Both the position numbers and the translations under genes were made by a program. The notes under the pieces were generated by a model. It was not told the origin of the DNA. It saw nothing but the letters and a program-made list of their open reading frames with translations, and did no database searches. A DNA stretch of 64,000 bases, taken from assembly GCF_036365525.1 (NCBI RefSeq), contig NC_090373.1, forward strand, positions 98,241,461-98,305,460, in the 5' to 3' direction. This document shows positions 25,387 to 39,104 of the stretch, piece after piece (position 1 is the first letter of the stretch; every line of letters begins with the position of its first letter). Source of the stretch: Heterodontus francisci. Lineage: Eukaryota.

Positions 25387-26139
25387 TGTGAGCCCCATAA
25401 GCCTTCAAACTCTAGAAGACTTCAATTGAATGTGATTCCCCCTCCTGAGTTTCCAGTTTATTGAACTGTAAAAGCAATTTGTCCTATTCTTTAAAAAGGC
25501 AACTGATTAATTTGTAATTAAATAATTTAATATATTTTAATGCTTCAGTTATTTCTTGCATTATTTCAAGTCAACCTAAGGGGAAACATTTTGACCCAGT
25601 GGGCAGGAGTGTGCATTAGAAACCCCACTGCTCCAGAAATGAGGCCAAGGGTATTTTAACTGCTGGCAAATGACAAACACCTGGCCCCCACATTGGCCAA
25701 GCAATAGATGGAGCAATCACAGTCTAAAGCCCAAACTATTTTGATGGTTGGTTGTCATTTAAATCCAGTTGATGAACTGCCCACCTTTTTGGATGCTAAG
25801 ACAGCTTGCCATTTTGGATGGGTAGGAAATCTGGCAGGGCAACCACTGAGCATGGACCTGCAGCAAAAGGTTATAGGGGATCACTAGGCTGATGGGGAGC
25901 AGAGAAGACTGTTGACAGCAGCATTAATGAAGGTGTGGAAGATTATCAAGAAGGGGCAGAGGGAACAATGAATCATTCTGAAGCCAAAAAAACTGACAAA
26001 TAAATACTTCTTGCCAGACCTCCTCCCAGTGATCCCTTTAAGTGACACTGGTTCAGAGTGTTTCCCACTCTGTGTAGCAGATGGGTTTATCCCTGTGTGA
26101 GCACCTCATTACTGACTGCCAAATGACTTTGGGGTCCTT

Positions 26140-26867
26140 GGACAGAATTTTATGCTGCCCTTAGAGATGGACCCAGAGGTGGGGTGGGGAGGGGCAAACA
26201 AAATGGCTGACAGAGGGCACCGTACCTGACATTGTCTGGACCCCCTGCCATTTTGTCTGGGGCGGAGGAGGCCGCAGGCCAATTGAGGACCTTAAGTGGA
26301 CAATTAGTGTCCACTTAAGGGCCTCTTCCCGCCTCCAACTCAATTTAATGGAAGGTGGAAGCACCCACTGCCATGGGGAGACACCACCACATCAAACCTG
26401 GTGGCCTCCTAGCAGGGCTGTGGGTTGGGGGGGGGTCTCTCCTTTGGGGCCATCCAGCATCCCCAGAGGGCCTCCCTTGCTGCAATTGCAGGCCCCCCCC
26501 CCACCTAGGAAGACCACCTCCACCCTCATCAACCACCCCCATCCCCCATCAAAATGGCCTGCCTGAATGGCCCCGGTGACCTCGAGCCCACTTACCTCTC
26601 CTAGGATCTTCACTTTTTTCCTGTCTTTGGTACTGCTTCCAGTGGAGCTGTTGGTACTGCAGAGCTGCCAGCCTTCCTACTGGCTGGCAGCTCTGGAGGT
26701 GGGAGCTCTTCTTTTAAAGGGATGGCGTCGTTAATGAAAGGAGGTTAATTGGCTGCCTGCCTTGAGATTGCAACAGGGGCCTGACAGAGGGCCGTGGCGG
26801 GTTCTCCCTTCGCCTTTCCTTTCCAGCCCACCGCAAGGGCCCCCGTCGCTGGAATAAAATCCAGCCC
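26140..26867. mobile_element. Harbinger-type MITE
   Basis: TIR-like ends ggacagaatttta / taaaatccagccc; GC-rich interior related to 28234-29020 and 46433-47120. Confidence 0.65.
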
Positions 26868-27116
26868 CTTGATTTTCATAACTTAAAAAGGCTCCTGCCA
26901 AAACTGACGCCTACTCAAAAATCTCAGTGAGGGCCCTCGTGCAGAAAGTCAGTGGGAAATTGCTTTTTTGACATTGAAGAATGGGGCAGTAGAGAAACCA
27001 AAATAGAGGCCTTGATGAAATAGTAGCAGGTAGAATGCCCAAAAGTACATAAAATATTTCAAATATGTTCTTACCAATCATCATTATAAGATTAAAATGA
27101 CTTTTCTCAATTAATA

Positions 27117-27884
27117 GGCCCAGATATTGCTGTTAAAATACTATTGAGGCTACTGGCGCTCCTCATTATTTATGCGCAAATGGTACAGCAACTTAAGGCA
27201 AGAGGGAGGTATGCGGTTAAACGTGAATATCCAGAGGTTGCTGTCTGAAATGCTCCACTTCTCTATTAGCTTTGCAAATATGGCATCTCACTGTCTGCCT
27301 CACCTTTGAACCGCATTGAATGGCACGAAGCTGCTGTATTTGCATGGTAGACACGAACTAAACTCACCACAGAAAATTAAGTCTTGTTCATTCCAATCTA
27401 AGTATCCTTTTAATGATGTGCTAATTGTTAGTTGCTGCTAATTAACATGAAAATTAACTATTGCAAGTGCAGAATCTCATTCCTCCAGGTTTTAATCTTT
27501 GGAGGTTTAAAATGTTTTAAATTGATATTTTTTGTTATTTTTCCTTTCTGTCTCTTTTTTTCTCTCTCTTAGTCTTTCTTCACCTTTCTTTATTTCTCTT
27601 TCTGTACCTGATTGGACATTGAATTCACCCATTCTAATTTACTCTTCCTTCTCAGTCCTTGTGCTGTTAATTTTGCAATCCTTCAATCTGATTGGTTAAG
27701 CAGATACACAGGTTCACTCAGGCCTCAGATGCTCTGTATCCCTCACTGTACCGTTATCAGCTCACACTCTCATAGAGTCATAGAGCAACTTGCCACACCA
27801 AACATGTTGAAAATTTAAACATGCAAAGACAGATCTAACTAACAGCAGATGTTCTTTATGCCCCGCTACAGGAAAATCTGGGCT
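27117..27884. mobile_element. Harbinger-type MITE
   Basis: Ends ggcccagatatt / aaaatctgggct. Confidence 0.55.
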
Positions 27885-28233
27885 GATGTCTATTTTATCA
27901 GCACGCAGCAATTAAATAAAAATGAATTCAAAAATGGCAAAAATTGCCAGAAACATTCTTTGCAGCAATCTTGTTTTTATAAGGTTAGATTCCATCTTGG
28001 AGTTCCACCAATCTGCCAAACTTCACAAAAGACATTCCTGTAAGTATCTCAACCATAAGAAAAAGAAACTCGCTTTTGAGTCAATATAAAATTTGTAATA
28101 ATTTAAGCTCCAACAATAAATTCCTTAAATGGCAGGCAGCCATGTCTGAAGTACAGTAACTAGACAACATGCTCTTGAGACCAATGTCCTTGTTACAATA
28201 GCACACAGCAAAACTTCATTCATTAGAAATGAA

Positions 28234-29020
28234 GGGTCGAATTTTATTTTGGCAGCAGAAGTCTCGATGTTGGGGGGAAACAACGCCAAGATCCCCGCGC
28301 TGGCTCTTGTACGGAAGACCCACTGGATTTAGTGCCAATCAGGCACTTAACTGGACAGCGGCGGGCCTTCCATACGATTTAGGACCCCGCTGCCAGAAAT
28401 CCTGGCCTCACAGAGCTACTGGCCAATCAGTGGCTGGAAGCCGCAGCACCACCATGGAGGCAGTACCTGCTGCTGTAGCTGCAGCCACCAGACACCGAGA
28501 AGCAGCACTGGAACCAGGCTTAAGGTAGGTCGGGGGGTGGGGAGGGGGTCTCGCGGGATGGAGGTCACAGGGGAAGGGGAGAAAGGGGGAACAGCAGCAA
28601 GGGCAGGGGTGGCCCTCAGTGGGTCCCCCTTCCCAATGCTGGGTCCCTCGTTCAGGCACTGTGCCTTTGAACGTGGAACCGCCCACCGCCCCCTGCACCC
28701 CCCACCGCAGCTAGGAAGCAGCCTGCAGGGTGTTTCACTGCAGTGCTTCCCGTATGGCAACATGGCCATGGCAACATGGCATTGGTTATTGTGGCAGTGG
28801 CAGGATGAGGCCCTTAATTAGGTGTTAATTACCCAGTTAAGGGCCTCAATTGGCAGCAGGGTAGGAAGGGCATTCCCAGGCCTTCCCGCCCCAGACTAAA
28901 TTTCAGCAGAGGTGAAATGGTGGCAGGGAGCACCCATCCCCACCCCTCACCACCATCCCACCCAATTTTATGTTCTCCTCACCTCCAACCCACGGCAAGG
29001 GAGAACATAAAATTCCACCC
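28234..29020. mobile_element. Harbinger-type MITE
   Basis: Ends gggtcgaatttta / taaaattccaccc; inverted homologue of 46433-47120. Confidence 0.7.
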
Positions 29021-29024
29021 AAAG

Positions 29025-29127
29025 AATTTGCATTTATATAGCGTCTTTCACAAGCTCAGGACATTCCAAAGTGTTTTAGAGCCCAATAAATGACTTTTGA
29101 AATGTAGTCACTGTTGTAATGTAGGTA
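29025..29127 (-). mobile_element. L2/DeuSINE-type 3' tail fragment
   Basis: ttgcatttatatagcgtctttcac..gtagtcactgttgtaatgtagg resembles the SacSINE1/AmnSINE1-type tail. Confidence 0.55.
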
Positions 29128-30014
29128 ATGTACTCATATTAAAAGGTTCAATTTCAACCCCAATCAGTTTCAGCGAGGTTGGAAATAGCTGCGACTCCAT
29201 GTTCAAGTAGAGAGAAGTGTTATGACCAAATACAAAGGGTAGAATTTCTGCAGGGACTCTCCCTATTTTCCACCATACTTTCAGCAGAAAATCTGCAGAA
29301 ACTCAGGAGAAAAAGCCAAAATGTCATTTCTCTAAGATTCCTGCTAATCTTCCACCGAAGATATGAAAAGAATTGGGAAAACCCCTACAGGAATTCAACG
29401 CCAAAGTCTCCAGGTTGTTAAAGTTTTAAATGGGGAAAATGCATACATATTTTCAAATCACAGCTTTATCTGTGAAAGTTAATAAGACAAATTATTTACA
29501 ATGTAGTATAATGTCACTACAATACAATGAAGCACATTTTATTCTTATGGCTAACATGCACAAACTTGATTAATAATCGCACTACAAGGGCCTAGAAATT
29601 TGACCACACGGCATCTCGTTTGTCAGGTACTAAATGGCCTCCTAATCTTTAATATGTTGGGCAGGAAGCCCATGCTTATTGTGAACCAGCGTGCATAGCC
29701 TGTCATATTGTTATAGGCAGGATGTCAGTGCCCTGAAACAAAAGTAAGGCCTTTGCCTATTCAAATAAGGGGCCTAATTCCTGTTTGAAGCCGCCTCTGC
29801 AACATGTGTTCAGGAAAACACTGGGTCTATAGGTGGCCAATCAAGTGGTCCTCACAGGGACCTCTGCAGGCCACATCATCAAGGAAAGTGTTTAAAATTA
29901 CCTTAACGTGGAGCCAGGAGTAGCAGCAGTCCTCCTCCTGACCTCACATCCAAACCACTTGGGCCACTGCAGGCCCCCACTCCAATCACCCACCACCGCC
30001 CCAATCACAACCTC

Positions 30015-30560
30015 GAACTTAGCACTTGCAGCCAAAGGCTTGATCAATAAATTGCATTTTGAAGAGACCTTCGAAGGTGCAATGCGTAAGGAGCAATGGA
30101 GTCAGGAAACTAATTTCAGGGTACAAATCTTTGATGGCTGATGGCTCTGCTGCTGCTGATGGATTGGAGGGATGGTGGGGTGTTGTGGGGGAGGAGGTGG
30201 TGGGAGTGCAGCAAGCCAAAGTAAGAAAAGTGAAGATTGCTAACTGGGACATAAAATTGTGCAGTTTACAGAGGTAAAGAGGGTACCAAGATGCAGAGAT
30301 ATGTAAATAAGGATGGTAATTTTGAAATCCACGCAATGGTGAAAGGGGATCCAGTACAGACAAGAGTAATAGATGATCATGACTTAGTATAGGATAGGAG
30401 TAGGTGAAGTTTTGGATAAATTGGTAATTGAATGTGGTGGAGCTTGGGAGACTGGCAATTTGATAGCAGAGCCATTTATGAAGGTTTCTGCAGGAGTGGC
30501 AGGTAGGGATGGAGGTAGGTGATATTATTGAGGTGGAAATAGAACAATATTGACTGAATT
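30015..30560 (-). mobile_element. Old L2 LINE fragment
   Basis: Decayed L2-like composition and 3'-end motifs; accounts for part of ORF 30019-30741. Confidence 0.45.
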
Positions 30561-31159
30561 TTGTTAGTGCACCACAAATTGCGGCGGCACACTTTGAAGT
30601 CGGCAGTCCCTTCAGGAATGGATGCAGCGGCACTGAGCCCCACGATATTTCGCGTGGGGGCTCATTTAAATGGCAGGAGCGGAGCGGCCACCCCCAATGA
30701 CGTCGAGGAGGTGGCAACTCCGACTCCGGCAACGATGCCATTTTTAAAGGGCTTCAAGCCCTTAGATGAAAGTTTAATTTTTAAAGTCATATTAAGATGA
30801 TTATTGTTAAAAGAAATTAAATGAAAGCTGGAGGCACTTTCCCACCACCACCCCTCCCACAAAAGTTTGCTTTTGGGCCTTTATCAACAAAAGTATATTT
30901 ATTCCCAGCCCGAACGTCCCCCCCAACCTCGTACCATTTGCTCTTCAACCCCTTCCCACCACCCCCACAGCCAATACAAAGTGTTTTCCTGCTCCTCCGC
31001 TCCCGCCCTGATAACTTCACTCCTCCCCCCTCCTCACCAGAGTTCCGAAGACGCGGGAGTTCCGGCCAGTGGCCGGAATATTGGCATGGGACGGTCGCCG
31101 GGACAAGGTAAGTTGATTTGCTTCATTTTAACTTAATTTAACATTGAAATGAAGGTCCC

Positions 31160-32155
31160 ACTGGTCACGTGACCACCTGCTGACCAACTAGGGGAGATTT
31201 AAATTGGAGAAACAGTGTTTGAAGACAGAAAGCTCTTTGCTCCTGGACCGAGAATGTCTCTCTCCTGTCTGCTTCCATCTCTTTCTCATGGAACTGAAAA
31301 CCACTGAAGACATAGGAACCGCATGAGAGAAATGTCTCCAACAGTGAACAAGGTTTAAGAAGAATACTGGGCCCCAATGAAAGGTAAGATCTATCTACAA
31401 GCAATGACTACAGCGAGCTCAAAGCACAGTAACAAAAACCCCTCTTCAGAGATTGCCTCAAACCTCTGTACTTTATTTTTCCTCTGCACTTTTCTGTCTT
31501 TATTTGCATGTGCATGTCACAGTGTGTATCATCTACAAGATGCACCGCAGAAATGCACCAAGGCTCCTTAGACAGCACCTTCCAAACCCGCGACCTCTAC
31601 CAACTAGAAGGACAAGGGCAGCAAATACATGGGAACACCACCACCTGCAAGTTCCCCTCCAAGTCACACACCATCCTAACTTGGAACTATATCGCCGTTC
31701 CTTCACTGTGGCTGGTTCAAAATCCTGGAACTCGCATCCTAAGAGCACTGTGGGTGTACCTACCTCACATGGACTGCAGGCGGTTCAAGAAGGCAGATAG
31801 ATCACCACCACCTTCTCAAGGGCAATTAGGGATGGGCAATAAATGCTGGCCTGGCCAGCAACGCCCATGAATGAATTTTTTAAAAACGTATGCATGCTAG
31901 CGGGGCGCAGCATGTATCTGTAGGTGTTAACTGAATTAGAGTTTAAGTTTAAGTTTTAATAAATGTCACTTTTTTTCTTTAAACCTAAGAAAGCCTGTTT
32001 GTGCTCATTTCTTTGCTTTATAATTGGAGAGCGGTGAACAAGGATTCACCAAGGGGGAGCTAAAACACAGTGTGTTTAAAATTAAACCCTGTTACAGTAA
32101 GACCAGGTGAAAGCTAAAAGGGACACCTAGACACCTTTCTCACCTGGTCGTAGCA
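31160..32155 (+). mobile_element. LTR (5'-truncated) of the 19525-20464 family
   Basis: Ends cacctggtcgtagca; strong inverted similarity to 19525-20160; interrupted by a family A LINE. Confidence 0.85.
31521..31886 (+). mobile_element. Family A LINE 3' fragment inserted in the LTR
   Basis: Near-identical to 6254-6621. Confidence 0.9.
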
Positions 32156-32505
32156 ATGTACCATTGACCTCAGTTTGCACAAGTAAGTGGAGGCAATTAG
32201 GCTCTGCACTTTCTGGCAGGAGCCAAACAAGATGGGTTTGGTCTTGCCAGTGTTGAGTTGAAGAAAATTCTGGCTCATCCATGATTTGCTGCTGGCTACT
32301 AGTTGGAAAATGAATTGTACACAAAATAAAGCTGAATTGCTAAAAAGAAAACAGAAAAGGGTTAAGAGGTTCTTATCATGTTGTCACAAATAAAACTTTA
32401 ATCGTCCTTTCACAGCAAAACCCATGTGACAGCACCAGGTTTAATAACGAAAATCGCAAATTAATCAAAAGTTAAGTTGCAAATAATATTTTAATTTATT
32501 TATTG

Positions 32506-32530
32506 TATATATATATATATATATATATAT
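32506..32530. repeat. (TA)n microsatellite
   Basis: About 12 perfect TA units. Confidence 0.95.
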
Positions 32531-34329
32531 GATTCTTTACAACCAGCCATTAATATTGTCGGATTGTCGTTCAGGATAAAACACAATAATTTAGTAATTC
32601 ATGTCAAGGAATCTTTCAAATAACTTCACACAAATTGCAAGTTTTGCAAAATGTTAAAACCTGCATCCTCACCCAACCTCCCACATTCTCATGTCCCCAA
32701 TACTTTCCAAACTCCACTGTCTCTGCATACTAGGGACTTGACTTCAAGATACTCACTTGCACTTTCAAACCTTTCCATGATCTTGCCCTCATGTGCAGCC
32801 TTAGGTTCCCACGTGCACCCTAGCTTCCTCTGTCTCATCATTGGTGGCTGTTCATTCAGCTACTATGCTTCTGTCCTCCTGAACCCCTTCCCAAAGTCTC
32901 CCTCTATTTTATTGCTTCCTTCCCGGCTTTCAATAACTTCCTCTTTATCTTTTTCTTTGACCATAGACTACTTGTCAATTCTATCTGTTCTATTGATCCC
33001 TCTCTCTTTTGGAGTAGCCGGTTTCCTGAAGGCTTAAGGAGAATGTAGGCGGCAAGTATCCGCAGGACTGACGTGCATTCACAGTACTCTTGGGCGATTG
33101 CTCAGAAACTGTAGACTACATTTTTATGCTACAAAACAAAATGATATTTTTGTAATTAGTAGATGACGACAAACTCATCTGTAGTCAGCATACTAAATGA
33201 TAAATCCTATTTATTTTGCTGTCCTGAACAGTTAACGTATTATGAAAAGATATTCAGAAAATACTGCAGTAATCAGATAAAACATAACATAGTAGTCTGA
33301 AGATTTATATCATTTTCTTCACAGATTGTTACTTTTTATCTACATCTGGTTATCTGCAGTGCATAAATGCTGACGGTATTGTCTGACTAACGTGATAGGT
33401 GAATAAAAATGGGAATATAGTACATATACTGTGGTATGAATACTATGACATTCAGAATTAATCACAACCCATAAATATTCTGATGCTTCTCAGATTACCA
33501 AAGGAAAAAGAATGTTATCTTTCTTGAATTGGAGCCCACTCATCTAGTCATAATGAAAAGCTGTTTTATTTACGTAATTGAATTACTTGGGGACTAACTT
33601 GAAATATGAGGAATCAATTTTGCTGGAATATTTTCTCACAGTATTTTCTTTACCCCCTTATTTCACTCCAGAACAATTTTTATTTGCTAAGTGACCTCAA
33701 TTTTTTTTTTGTTTTCTGAAATGTGAGTTGCGGTTTACACTGTATACCTCTGTGGATCGGATATTTTCAGGCTTTGAAGCCTAATGGCTGCTATTCTTCA
33801 GGCCTGCAGTTCTGCTTTTGTTACCGTCCCCTGAACTCAGCACAAAGCCTTGACAGGGGATAGATCTATAACACCAGGATAAGCCCTAGGTCATGCAGTC
33901 AGTCCAGGACAGGGAAATTGCAAACATTTTACACTGCAGCCGCCAGATTCCTACGAGGAGCCCTGAGAGAAAAATCTATACATTTTAAATGAAAGCTGCA
34001 GGGCAAACTTACTGTTGCCTTCCTCATGATTCGGAAATCTACTTGCTCATTTCCAGCTAGATAAAATAGATCCAAGTGTCTGTGTTGCCCCAGTCAGTGA
34101 TATTTCTCCTGCCATTAAAATTAATTGGAACTTAATTTAGTAAATTATATAACTTTACATGTGTGTATAACTAAGAGCTCATTTCTTATTCCAATGTATT
34201 TTACCTTGGTCAGAGTCCACACGTAGCCCGATTGGGAAATGTAACCTTTATCCGATTAGATATTAGTTTGAAGCAATACTTAGTACCATAGATGGAAAAT
34301 TTTTGTTGTTGGCTAATTTGTCACTTGTC

Positions 34330-34933
34330 TAAGACACTAGTTCATCCTCAGCTGGAGTATAAGACACTACATCGGCCTCAGCTGGAGTATTGTGTCCAGT
34401 TCTGGGCACTGCACTTTAGGAAAGACATAAGAGCTTTGGAGTGAGTACAGAAAAGATTCACGAGAATGGTTCCAAGGATGAGGAATTTCAGTTATGAAGA
34501 TAGATTGGAGAAGTTAGGACTCTTTTCCTTGGAGAAGAGAAGACTGAGAGGTGATTTGATAGAGGTATTCAAAATCATGACGGGTCTGGACAGAGTAGAT
34601 AGAGAGAAACTGTTCCCTTTCATGAAAGGATCGAGAACAAGAGGGCACAGATTTAAAGTATTTGGTAAGAGAAGCAAAAGTGACATGAGGGAAAACGTTT
34701 TCATGCAGCGAGTGGTTCAGGTCTGGAATGTGCTGTCTGAGTGTGTGGTGGAGGCAGGTTCAACTGAAGCATTCAAAAGAGAATTAGACAGTTATATGAA
34801 AAAGAAGAATGTGCAGGGTTACGGGGAGAAGGCAGGGAATGGAACTGAGGGAATTGCTCTTTCGGAGAGCCGGTGCAGACATGATGGGCTGAATGGCCTC
34901 CTTCTGCATTGTATTGATTCTATGATTCTGTGA
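34330..34933 (+). mobile_element. CR1 LINE 3' fragment
   Basis: ORF 34466-34933 (SYEDRLEKLGLFSLEKRRLRGDLIEVFKIM); (gattctat)-type tail; 30-bp tandem duplication at the 5' junction (34330-34389). Confidence 0.92.
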
Positions 34934-37900
34934 TTTAATACTCATCCAAAACATTATGGTTATACCACTCCTTAACATAGTGGATTTCTGTTCATTTAAA
35001 ATGACAGTTAAACAGAGAGCGAAGCTGGCATCTTGCGCAATGTCAAGCCTGCTAAAAAGGAAAAGTGAAAGCAAAGAAGTAAGAAGGAGGAGAAAAATGG
35101 TTGTGGTGAGAAAATGTAAACGATGAGAGTCTGGAGAAAAGATATGTAATGGAGGTACTTGTCTCTGATTATTACCAGATTAGTGCTGCTGAAGGACTTA
35201 AGTGGAAACTGAAAGAAATTTCCAGTGGAAATTACTCCATGGCTCATTTTGTCCGATCTCACTAACAAACAACTGCAGCAGGTACTAGGTTCGTTTTATT
35301 GTAGCCATTCCAATTTATTTGGAAATTTGTCATTAACTTGTTAAGAATGATGTACCCTAATATCAACACTGAGAGTATAAACATGGTATTTCTAGAGAAC
35401 TCTGAGTGCCCATTTTTTAAGCCATCACCAGCACAAATCATACTTTTGTTGTGCAAATGAAGTATTATCCAAATGGTAACTGATTGCAATTTGTATTCCT
35501 GGTATTCATCAGGCATGCAAAAAGAAAGAACATTTTAGTATTCCAGTACTCAGCTTTCCACTTCATGTTAAAGCCTAATGCATGCTTAGAATAGTCACTG
35601 TGACCACGTATTTATAATGAAAAATAGAAAAAGGCCTTCCTGTATTTCTCAAATTATTAAGGCATCAAAATATTTCTCCATCGCTGTTAACTCTTATTTT
35701 ATTTTGGCATAAGATAAGATTGGAGCATTCACTTTTATATTGTGTTGGACATTTACTATTTTTACACCAAGTAGAAATATGAATAGGATTTAAAATGATT
35801 TAGTTAAGAATGTATTAAAATAATTGCAGCATTTACAGGGCATTGTTTTTGCTGGAGAGTTTGAGATATAGGCAGAACAATGCTGTACTGTCCGAGTGTC
35901 AGAATATAGTTGGCTTCATTTATAAGTGCTGCATAAGATAACTTTCAATCAATATGTTATGAATGATTTATCTTTGCAAATTAAATTTGTCATTTGTAAA
36001 GTTTACATTGTGATAAATACCATTTAGTCTAACCTGACATGGTTCCAGGTTGATTTATCATAACTCTGTAAATGTAATACATGTGGGCCCACTGAACACT
36101 ATGAGAAGTTAATCTGCAAAGTACATGTGAGATATGTCAAAGCAATGAGCCCATGAAGATCAGTGAATAAACATGTTCATCAGATCAGCCTTCATACAGA
36201 ACATCTTTTTTCAAAAATGCTTTTTCACACAAGCAATCCTGGAGAACTGAGAATTTTCAATAATTCACAAAATCTAAGTACTTGCTAGGGACACATTTTC
36301 TCTATCACATTTAAACCAGTATTGAAAAAGAATTTGTCAAGTGTACTTTATTAACAAGAGAAGATTCCCAGAAGAGAACCATCTCTTTTCCAGTATAAAG
36401 GAGAGCTGTGCGAGTAAGTACACCTATATGTTTACTTGACATGCGCAATGTTAAAATGAGTGAAACGCAAGTCAATACATGTGATTGTAAGTTACTTGAG
36501 TACTGGATTGTCACTTACACATTCAGATGCATGGCATGTAATGATGGTAGTTAGATTGCATGTATATAACTAGTATTCTAGTTCATGCTAGCAGTTTACA
36601 CTCCCCTCCCCCACCCGTTCCTGCTGCTGCTCTTCCTCCCCCAAATCTTTTTCCTCATCTCTACCTGTTGCTGCTACAAGGGACAGAACGCAGTTGTGTG
36701 TAGGAATTGCTGCAACAGTTTTGTAAGATTGGCATCATGTTCTCGCAAAATTATCATAGGGAATTCCACCCGCACAGCATTCCATTCCCTGAAGCAGTAA
36801 CAGGTAGGAGTGGAAGGCAAGAAGGAGTGTTCAATGTTCCCACCCTGATGGGATTGATATGTGTAAATGTGTACATATACTGCATACATCTAGTTATGCC
36901 TGGGGCCGAACAGACCTATCACTACCTGTTGCAATAGTTTACTTTTCTGCATTGCATTCAATACTAAAGTGCTATTCCATTTACACATATGATTGTGGGA
37001 AAGGAATCCACGAAATAGAAGACTGTTAATGGAAAATCCTCAAGAATTATGATATCAAGAGTGATAGCCACCCTTCCCTTTTCAGAGTAAAAGTAGTATA
37101 TTCCATTACTGCCCACTACTATGCAGCAAATCATACTGATACACAGATTATAGAGGTAGTTTACAGCAAGAAGCCTCATTTATTGGGAATGCATTTCGAA
37201 TATTTGTGCATGAACTGTGCTTTATTTTCCGATGATTATGTTATATCTCAGTCCCCTAACTGGAAATATAGTTGATGCATTTGTTTCTCTCTGGCATGCC
37301 AGATTTATAGTAGCAACATTTCAGTAGTACAAATGAATATAAAGAAAACAGGAGTCATTGGAGAATGGGCAGATCTTCTCAAAAACAGTTTTACAAAGTT
37401 GAAACTTTACAAAGCAAATGCATGCAAAAGATGACTTTTACTCTTGTTATCCGATAGTGTGTTAAAAGGCTTGACAGCTGTGTCAGCTGTTTAACCAGTA
37501 GTACCATCTTTGTGGAACATTATTCTAGAAGAGCAGCATCTGAATGTTTTTGATCTAATTTTAACTTTTATGCGTAGGTTATTTTAAATAAAGCAATATG
37601 ATCTTAGAACTGGAAAGTCTTATCCAATTGCGGTGACGTTCAATTATCCACTGAACCCATATTCCAATCAGGCTACAAAAATACTCTGATAACCTCCTTC
37701 AGTCATGACTATTGTGCGATGAAAACTTCCTATATTTGACCAACGCAAAGAAATAAGTTCCACTTGTCCACATTTGTTGGTAATCTGACAGATTTATGCT
37801 GGAGTCCTCATGCTGTTCCAGTCTGTTAGTTTGCATGAAATATAGAACTCCTTTTAAAACAGTGATCTAGTATAAACTAAGTTTTAAATTAATCACTGAA

Positions 37901-37984
37901 GCATTTTAATTTTATTTTTAAAATGTTTTATGAATGTTAATGCATAACTGCAACCTTATTTGATACAATTACTTTCTGTTAAGT

Positions 37985-38720
37985 AATGCCTTTCTTGTAG
38001 CAAAAACATATAAAGGCACTTCATAGAGTACTGGTCAGATCATATTATGACTAAGGAAATGATGTTGAAGAGATAGGTTTTGAGGATACTTCTAAAAGTA
38101 GGAAGAATTGGGAGAAGACATAGGAAAGTAAATCCACAGTCCAAATAAGAAATGACTGAACACGGATGATGGAGAGGAGAAAGGGGAGGATGCAGAGTAG
38201 ACCACAGCTGGAACACAAGGCTAAGACATAATGCTGGATGAATTGAATTTTGTGTGGAGTAATGTTCCAGAGGTTGATGAAGAAAGTTTTGGAGGCTAAC
38301 ATTGGAGCTTGGAGGTGACAAAGACACAGATAAGAATTTCAGGTAGAATGAGGGCAAGATAAAGACAAAGTTGAGCACTATTTAAGTAGTGGATGGCAGG
38401 CTTGAAGCTCAATCAGGGTCAAACAAGACTGAGGTGCAGCGTTTCTCCCACAAGCCAAACAGGATGGTTCAATTTTGCCAATGTTGAGTTGCAGGAAGTT
38501 AAGGCTCCTCTGCAACTTGATGTCAGATACATTAATTGGACAAAACTGCAATAGTTGTGGAATTAAAGCAGTTGCAAGATGTTGCTGACTGTCATTGAAA
38601 GCTGGCTCCATGTTTATAGATGTCACCAAAACAGGGAGAAGAATTCAGTCAGGAAGTTAACTGAAGCAACTGATGAAGAGTTTGAAAGAGAGGCAGGACT
38701 GATGGTGAAGGATGAGTTTT
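37985..38720 (-). mobile_element. L2 LINE 3' part
   Basis: SDIK..LNFLQLNIGKIE and FRSILKTYLF, typical L2 ORF2 C-terminal motifs. Confidence 0.7.
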
Positions 38721-38990
38721 TTAAATTCATTCTTGGGATGTAAGCGTCTCTGCAAGGCCAGCATTTATTGCCCATCCCTAATTGCCCTTGACAAGGTGGT
38801 GATGAGCTGCCTTCTTAAAGCGCTGCAGTCCATGTGGTGTAGGTACACCCACAGTGCTGTTAAAGAGGGAGTTCCAGGATTTTGACCCAACGACAGTGAA
38901 GGAACGGTGATATAGTTCCAAGACAGAATGGTGTGTGACTTGGAGGAGAACTTGCAGGTGAACTTGCAGCTGGTGGTGTTCTCACAATAG
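38720..38990 (-). mobile_element. Family A LINE 3' fragment
   Basis: Matches 4463-4715. Confidence 0.85.
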
Positions 38991-39104
38991 TGGATGGTGC
39001 TTGGAAAAGGCCAAAGCAGCTGGAAGAGTAAGGAAACAAACCTCAGTGAAAAATGAGAGCCATGTCAATTAGGGCAGTGAATATAATGGAATCTGTTGAT
39101 AGAT

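Noticed and set aside
30019-30741. 240-aa minus-strand ORF
   Set aside because: It spans a MITE/L2 junction and has low-complexity composition; a chance chimeric ORF.
37030-37275. 81-codon stop-free frame in AT-rich DNA
   Set aside because: No early ATG, no recognisable domain, and compatible with chance.
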